This document shows positions 31,796 to 37,707 of a DNA stretch of 37,707 bases, piece after piece. The DNA comes from Trichomonas gallinae (Eukaryota). The notes under the pieces were generated by a model. The model was not told the origin of the DNA and did no database searches. It saw only the letters and a list, made by a program, of their open reading frames with translations. The DNA lies in contig MRSU01000033.1 of assembly GCA_008369845.1 (NCBI GenBank), positions 1 through 37,707 on the forward strand, given 5' to 3'. A program made the position numbers and the translations under genes. Position 1 is the stretch's first letter. Every line of letters starts with the position of its first letter.

Positions 31796-32509
31796 ATGAA
31801 AGTCTTGATTTTGGTGTCACATGTTGATCCCACGCGTAATGCACACTCATATAGAATAGCAAACGCCGTTGAGCAGTCTTTAAAAGACAATGGCCATGAA
31901 TGCAAATTAATTGATCTCGTGAGAGAAGGATTTGATAAAGTAGGTACAGTTGAAGACTTCAAACAAGTCAAATTAGAACAGTTTGACTATGAAGATAATC
32001 AATTTGAAGGAAATTTGATTGAAAAAATAAAAAACCAACAAGATAATATCAAATGGTGCACGCATATAATCGTAATTGGACCAATATGGTTCGGTAGATT
32101 ACCTGCAAGCTTTTATGCTTACACTGAGCGTGTAATCACATCCGGATTCGCCTGGAATAAGGTAAATAACTTTGAAACAGGATTACTCAAGGATAAGAAA
32201 GTAGCAACAATCATAACTGCTGGCGCTCCAGAGATGTTCTTCACTCCAGAAGGAGATGGTGGATTAGACTCTTTATTATTTACGGTATCTTATGCATTCA
32301 GATACTCTGGTATGAAGATTATTCATGCAGTAGGTATTTTTGATGCAAAATTGCCAGAAAAAGTTGAAGAACATAACGAATGGATTGAGAAACTGAAAAA
32401 AGTTGTCCTCAAGCTTGATCTCTGGAAGACTATACCATTTGGTGACTTTAGGTTACCTATCCTTGCAAATATGAAAACAGAAACCCTTGATACAATAGTT
32501 GATGAATAA
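31796..32509 (+). CDS. Flavodoxin-like fold NAD(P)H:flavin/quinone oxidoreductase (Trichomonas flavin reductase FR-like)
   Basis: MKVLILVSH, LIDLVREGFD, IIVIGPIWFGRLPASF..TERV, LKDKKVATIITAGAP and YSGMK follow the Flavodoxin_2 (NQO/KefF/MdaB) pattern. TCATT Inr near 31786 and TAAA stop. Confidence 0.9.
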   Translation: MKVLILVSHVDPTRNAHSYRIANAVEQSLKDNGHECKLIDLVREGFDKVGTVEDFKQVKLEQFDYEDNQFEGNLIEKIKNQQDNIKWCTHIIVIGPIWFGRLPASFYAYTERVITSGFAWNKVNNFETGLLKDKKVATIITAGAPEMFFTPEGDGGLDSLLFTVSYAFRYSGMKIIHAVGIFDAKLPEKVEEHNEWIEKLKKVVLKLDLWKTIPFGDFRLPILANMKTETLDTIVDE

Positions 32510-33311
32510 AAATTTTGTCTTATTTGTCGCCGTTCCACCTCTGGTGACCTTATTCAAGCCAAAACTCAGCTTCTTGTGGTGGTTCAAGGTTTACAAATTA
32601 AAATATTTATTCGACGATTATTTTCTACTCAAATCAAAAAAATTCTGACACGTAAAATAAATATATCATATAAAATAGTTTTAATCATTTTTATCAAAAG
32701 AAAAATTTTTATGAAGTGCCACTTTTATCGATTTTCGGCAACATTATTTGGAATATAGAAGATGAGGAGTTGTTTTTTCCACAATGCAAAATTTTCGATG
32801 CCGATGAAAAAAGGAATTTGTTCGGTGGTGGATTTATGTCTAATTGACAATGTATAACAATTATAAGTGCAAAGTCATATATGTTCACACAAAAAAATAC
32901 AGAGAAATGTAAAGAATGGCAAGATTTTTTTTTATGACATGTTTTGGCTTTGTAAATTCTAAAATGTTATATATCTATGAATTATAACCAATATTTTATT
33001 TTTTTTTTTTGAACCAAGCATTAAAAATTTTTAGTCTAAAATATTGTAGACAATCAAATGGTATAAAATATTATGATAAATTGGCTTAATAAGAAAACAA
33101 AAATTCAAATTCAATTGTTTATGTAAAAAGAACAAATATTATATAAATATATCGATTATATATAAAGCCAAAAAATAATTTTTAAATCGAAAAAATAAAA
33201 TGGTTAAAATGATTTGTTTTATATAAAAGAATAAAATATATATAAAATAGAATTTTTTTTATTTTACAAATTTTCTGGGTTTATTTTTTTTACATTTTTG
33301 TGAAGTTTACT

Positions 33312-33317
33312 TCATTT
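33312..33317 (+). promoter_or_regulatory. Inr element TCATTT of the actin-fusion gene
   Basis: Starts 20 nt upstream of ATG 33332 and supports the long N-terminus as the real start. Confidence 0.6.
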
Positions 33318-33331
33318 CAGATTAAAAAATC

Positions 33332-35923
33332 ATGACAGCAGCAAGCACCAAGATACAAGACCACACAGAAATATATGTTGAAGGCAAGACTACTGTTAAG
33401 GTAGAGACAACGACCAGTTCTACCGAATACAATTATCTCTATCTTTTGAAAAGTATTGTATTCCACGTAATCGTTTTGTTAACACTCACATTTCTTTATG
33501 TATTCTTGAAGAAGAGGAAATTCGTACTCTTTATACTCATAGAATGGATAATTATTATCATTATCTTACTTAGAGCATGGATAAATACGAAAGTCGGTAC
33601 GAAAGTCACAAGAGAAACAGCAGAAGACGACGAGGAAGGGGAACCACAGGTCAGAACAAGAGATATTGATCTTGAATTCGAACCAGAAGAAGAACCAGCC
33701 AAAAATGAGACAAAAGTCAGCGCTCAGAGCAATGAAACAGCAGTAAATTCATCGGAAAATGCTTCAGCAACGACTGTAAAGAAAACATCTCATTCTCTTC
33801 GCGATTTTGAGAAGTCTTTAGCTGCTTCTTCTAAGTCAGCTTCAGTGTCATCAGTCTCTGCTTCAGCAACATCTGTCTCGGCATCATCAGTTTCTGCTTC
33901 TGCAGTTTCTGCAACATCTGTTTCAGCTTCTTCGACGTCTGTCTCACAATCAACGACATCAGTGTCACAGACAACAGTTCAGAGCAGGACAACAGTCGTT
34001 TCGTCCCAAGTTTCCCAACAATCAGTTTCTTCATCATCAGTTTCAGCTTCTAGCCTTTCTGTCGCCCATAGCAATGCATCATCCCTTCAGGTCGGATCAG
34101 AGCAGGTTAGTGCTGCAATGGTTCAGTCTGAAAAGGAAGCTGTTTCCTATTCAGCATCCGGATCCGCTCAAGGAGGCGATGGAGAATCAGCAACAGTCGT
34201 CCAAGAGACTATTGTCTATACAAAACTTAACCCAGACGGTACAGTCTCCCAATCTGGCTCTACAACAGTTTCTGTTTCAGATAAGGCCGACCAAGACGAT
34301 CTCAGCGCTGCAATGCTCGCCTCATTAAAGAAGGAAGCTCTTGCAATGCAGGGAACAAAAGTTGCCGTAGCATCAAACGAAGCATCAGCAGTTGCAATCA
34401 AAGAAAGAGAAGCTGCAGGCGCAGTCTCAGCATCTGCTGCAGAATTGCACCATGAAGACGAAAACCTTAGTGTTCATGCTAGTGCAAGCAAGGTTGAGGC
34501 AGGTTTCCAAGAAAATAAATTAGATGCAGCAGCCATGCACGCAGAAAGCCACGAAGCCTCAGTCGCTGTCGATCCAGACACCAACAGAATCACAACAACA
34601 CAAAGATCAACAACAGTTACAGCAGCATCTACACATGCTGAACAACACACAGTCAAAGTTACAGCAGAAGCTCTCCAAATGGCTGTCATTGAGCGCCAGA
34701 ACAAGAAGAGCGAGGTTAAATTCCAGCCACAAGAAGAAGAAACACAAATCACACTCGAAAAAAAAGAGATTAGGGAGTTCACCCCACCATCATCCTTCTA
34801 CGGTCAAGACTACACAAACGCCATCGTCTTCGACTGCGGATCAGGAATGATGAAAGTTGGCTTCGGAGGTGGTGAAACTCCTGATTTGATTTTCCCAACA
34901 TATGTCGGCAGACCGAAATACTCCAACCGTATGGGCATGATGTCCGTTCCAGGCACGAAAGACATATATGTTGGTGATGAAGCCACGGCTAAATCAGGGG
35001 TCCTTTTGCTTAAGTACCCGATTGAAGGCGGCCAAGTCAAGGACTGGGATGATATGGACAAGATCATCAACTACGCACTTTACCATGAACTCAAATGCGA
35101 TCCAACAGACAGCGCATTCATTTTCACAGAACCTCCATTGAATCCAATCCAACACCGCGAGAAAATGATGGAGATTATGTTCGATAACTACCACGCCCCA
35201 GCATATTACGTCGGCCTTCAGGGCGTTTTCCAGCTTTATGCAAATGGCCGTTCAAATGGAATCGTCTGTGAGATTGGTGACGGTTTCACACAAGTCGTTC
35301 CAGTTTGGGAAGGCCAGGCTATTAAGCACGCTTGCTCCAGAATAGAGTTCGGAGGAAGAGAATTGACAAACTACTTCATCACATTATTGTCAGCAAGAGG
35401 CTTCGCAATCACAACAACTGCTGAGAAGGAAATCGCTAGACGTGTCAAGGAATCTGTTTGTCAGGTTGCTCTTGACTATAATAGCGTTCAGCCAACTCTC
35501 AAGCACTGCAGACTTCCAGATGGTAACTCCATTTCTGTCGAGAAGGAGGTTTATACAGTCCCAGAAGTTTTGTTCAATCCAGGAATCAACATGTACCAGC
35601 AAGACCCAATCCAGAGCCAGATCAGAGACGCAATTTCTAGATGCGACATGGACAAGCGTTCTGAGATGATTCAGACAATAGTTATTGGCGGTGGCTCAAC
35701 AATGTTCAAGGGCTTTGAGGATAGACTCCTCAAAGAGATGCAGAACTTGATGCCAGGTGTTGCCAATGATGTCAACATTATCGCAAACCCAGAAAGAAAG
35801 TATGGTGCATGGATTGGTGCATCTATCTTCTCTACAACACCATCATTCCCCAAGATGGTCATCTCCGCTGATGAATACGCTGAATATGGTCCAAATATTG
35901 TTCACCATAAATGCGCTTTATAA
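33332..35923 (+). CDS. Actin-like protein fused to an N-terminal two-TM anchor and Ser/Thr/Ala-rich stalk (863 aa)
   Basis: aa ~496-863 form a full actin fold (IVFDCGSGMMKVG, VGRP, YVGDEA, LKYPIE, WDDM, TEPPLNP..REKM, GDG, GGRELT, TTTAEKEIARRVKE, LPDG, GGSTMFKG, PERKY..WIGASI, EYAEYGPNIVHHKC). aa 35-59 and 64-84 are hydrophobic helices. Confidence 0.93.
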   Translation: MTAASTKIQDHTEIYVEGKTTVKVETTTSSTEYNYLYLLKSIVFHVIVLLTLTFLYVFLKKRKFVLFILIEWIIIIIILLRAWINTKVGTKVTRETAEDDEEGEPQVRTRDIDLEFEPEEEPAKNETKVSAQSNETAVNSSENASATTVKKTSHSLRDFEKSLAASSKSASVSSVSASATSVSASSVSASAVSATSVSASSTSVSQSTTSVSQTTVQSRTTVVSSQVSQQSVSSSSVSASSLSVAHSNASSLQVGSEQVSAAMVQSEKEAVSYSASGSAQGGDGESATVVQETIVYTKLNPDGTVSQSGSTTVSVSDKADQDDLSAAMLASLKKEALAMQGTKVAVASNEASAVAIKEREAAGAVSASAAELHHEDENLSVHASASKVEAGFQENKLDAAAMHAESHEASVAVDPDTNRITTTQRSTTVTAASTHAEQHTVKVTAEALQMAVIERQNKKSEVKFQPQEEETQITLEKKEIREFTPPSSFYGQDYTNAIVFDCGSGMMKVGFGGGETPDLIFPTYVGRPKYSNRMGMMSVPGTKDIYVGDEATAKSGVLLLKYPIEGGQVKDWDDMDKIINYALYHELKCDPTDSAFIFTEPPLNPIQHREKMMEIMFDNYHAPAYYVGLQGVFQLYANGRSNGIVCEIGDGFTQVVPVWEGQAIKHACSRIEFGGRELTNYFITLLSARGFAITTTAEKEIARRVKESVCQVALDYNSVQPTLKHCRLPDGNSISVEKEVYTVPEVLFNPGINMYQQDPIQSQIRDAISRCDMDKRSEMIQTIVIGGGSTMFKGFEDRLLKEMQNLMPGVANDVNIIANPERKYGAWIGASIFSTTPSFPKMVISADEYAEYGPNIVHHKCAL

Positions 35924-36110
35924 GTACTTTATTATGATTAAATAATCTCTATACAATTTTTTTAATTTTTTTGTTAAAAAATCATAATATATCATTAATA
36001 TTTGCTTCATTTAATGATCATGAATTGGTTTATTTCTTTCTCATTATTTAGTTCGATTTATTATCATTAAAAATAAATCATTATTTCATGATGGTTTTTT
36101 AGCGCTAATT

Positions 36111-36859
36111 TTATAAATAAATGAATACAGCGATATACAATATATTATAACCTCTATAATATAAATTATTTTGACAGTGTGTTGGAATTTTGCATTCTAA
36201 TTCCATATATTGTGTCATGTTCATGTATTGGATATCTGTTGGTTGGAATTTAGTTACTAAAAAAGCAATATTGTTAATTTCTAACTTAGGTGAAAAATTA
36301 TTTCTCAATACGATAATACTTTTCAAGTTTGGTCCAATATAAGAAAAGCCATATGGGCTGATAATTTTTAATGATTCTGGGAGAACAATTTCTTTAACAT
36401 ACTTTGCGCTATTAAAAGCTGCCATCCCGATAATTTCAACTTCAGATGGGACGATATATTTAGTTATCTTTTTCGAGCCCGGAAACTGAATAAGTGTTGT
36501 CATATTTTTGTTAAACAAAACTCCATCGATTGCCTTAAAGCCAACACAATCTGGAGGAGTATCAAAGTACTCAAACGAAGGAGTATCATCAAATGGATTA
36601 TCATTCGCTACAGATGATAGATTCCTTGGGATTCGTAAATATCTAACTTTTGTCCCATCAAACGCTGCATTATCGATGTATTCAATAGAGTCTGGTAAAT
36701 CAATATCAGTGACCCTTACGAAACCACGGAATATTTGATCTGGTAAAGTTTTGAATCCTGTTTCAACAGTAATTTTTGTATAGTCTGCTTTTGAAATCCC
36801 TGCTGGAATGTAAACAGTATCATTTCCATCATAATGGATAAATAAGTTAATGCATTCAT
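36111..36859 (-). pseudogene. BspA-like LRR gene with a 1-nt frameshift after codon 6 (about 249 aa if restored)
   Basis: The frame is open from about 36866 to 36111 (IDLPDSIEYIDNAAF, IDGVLFNKNMTTLIQFP, IVLPESLKII). ATG 36859 is out of frame by one T; adding it gives MNALTYFIHYDGNDTVYIP. AAAAGTGACA motif upstream at 36891-36900. Confidence 0.75.
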
Positions 36860-37134
36860 CGTGAAATTAAAATCTATAGAATTAATAAAATGTCACTTTT
36901 TGTCGAAAAAAATCTCGAAATAACTTTTTCGAAACAATATAATGGAATGCATCAATAATTGTCTTCGAAATTTTGGACAATTCATTTCCAATTGATATTA
37001 ATTCAAAAAGTCAACACAACAAAATAGCTCAATACTTCAATAAACGTTCAAAAATTGATTTTTATTTTAGTATTAAAAATAAACAAAAACTGCAATTAAA
37101 AAAAATCAAATAAGAAAATACAAACAATCACTGT

Positions 37135-37707
37135 TTATAAATAAATGAGAGCAGATAAATGGATGATGTTGAAATATCGGAAATATGAACCATTTTGGAA
37201 TGCTGTCGGTATTATGCATTTTAATTCTAGATATTGAGTTAAGTTCATATACTGAATATCTGTTTGTTGAAATGCTGCAGATTTAAATGCATTTTTATCT
37301 ATTTCCAATTTAGGTGAATAATCGTTTCGCAAAACAATAATACTTTTCAGATTTGGACCTATATTTAAAAAACTACTACCATAAATATATTTCAATGATT
37401 CTGGAAGAACAATTTCTTGAAGATACATCTGGTTACGGAAAGCTGCCATCCCAATAACTTCAACTTCGGACGGGACAATGTATTTCGTGACTCTTTTCGA
37501 TCGTGGAAACTGTTGGATCTTTGTCATATTTTTGATAAACAAAACTCCATCAATTGTCTTGAAGCCCACGCAGTCTTGAGGAGCATCAAAGTATTCAAAT
37601 AGTGTGTCATCAAATGGATTTCCATCTGAAACAGATGCAAGATTTTTTGGGATTCGCAAATATTTAATTTGCGTATTTCCAAATGCACCATCATCAATAT
37701 ATTCGAT
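37135..37707 (-). CDS. BspA-like LRR protein, tandem paralog of the 36111-36859 gene, 5' end outside the window
   Basis: Open to the window edge (IEYIDDGAFGNTQIKYLRIPKNL..IDGVLFIKNMTKIQQFP..YIVPSEVEVIGMAAF..IVLPESLKYI). Collinear with the neighbour; stops are 1024 bp apart. Confidence 0.88.
   Translation of the reverse strand: MEYIDDGAFGNTQIKYLRIPKNLASVSDGNPFDDTLFEYFDAPQDCVGFKTIDGVLFIKNMTKIQQFPRSKRVTKYIVPSEVEVIGMAAFRNQMYLQEIVLPESLKYIYGSSFLNIGPNLKSIIVLRNDYSPKLEIDKNAFKSAAFQQTDIQYMNLTQYLELKCIIPTAFQNGSYFRYFNIIHLSALIYL

Noticed and set aside
35909..35923. C-terminal KCAL of the actin fusion as a prenylation signal
   Set aside because: The Cys is third from the end, not fourth, so this is not CaaX. 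It corresponds to the actin KCF ending.
36836..36900. An intron as the explanation for the missing starts here and at 15301 and 15427
   Set aside because: No Trichomonas intron signature (GT 5' site with an ACTAAC..AG 3' motif) was seen at these sites.
1..37707. CRISPR arrays, rRNA, tRNA, Maverick or mariner elements
   Set aside because: No regularly spaced repeat-spacer array, RNA gene signature, transposase, integrase or terminal inverted repeat was recognised by eye.

Overview
AT-rich, intron-free eukaryotic DNA that reads as Trichomonas (T. vaginalis or a close parabasalid relative). The assignment is inferred from TCA(T/C)TT initiator elements just upstream of ATGs, AAAGTGAC-like promoter motifs, TAA stops running into TAAA, a Myb protein very close to TvMyb3, and several BspA-like genes. 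Intact genes: R1R2R3 Myb factor, a coiled-coil protein, a divergent adaptor mu subunit, an NWE-motif ciliary-type protein, a 2021-aa acidic repeat protein, a type I membrane protein, a BEACH/WD40 protein, a flavodoxin-fold oxidoreductase and an 863-aa actin fusion. Damaged or partial genes: three BspA-like genes (one cut by the window edge), a cathepsin L-like pseudogene and other relics. The standout is 33332-35923, a complete divergent actin fold fused in one frame behind two transmembrane helices and a Ser/Thr/Ala/Val-rich stalk carrying clustered N-glycosylation sequons, i.e. a candidate membrane-anchored and possibly luminal or surface-exposed actin. Also notable are a shared Cys/Thr plus hydrophobic C-terminal tail on unrelated proteins, three genes damaged only at their start codons, and a 75-bp direct repeat bracketing a 5.8-kb block of surface-type genes. 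All family assignments come from motif recognition, not database searches.
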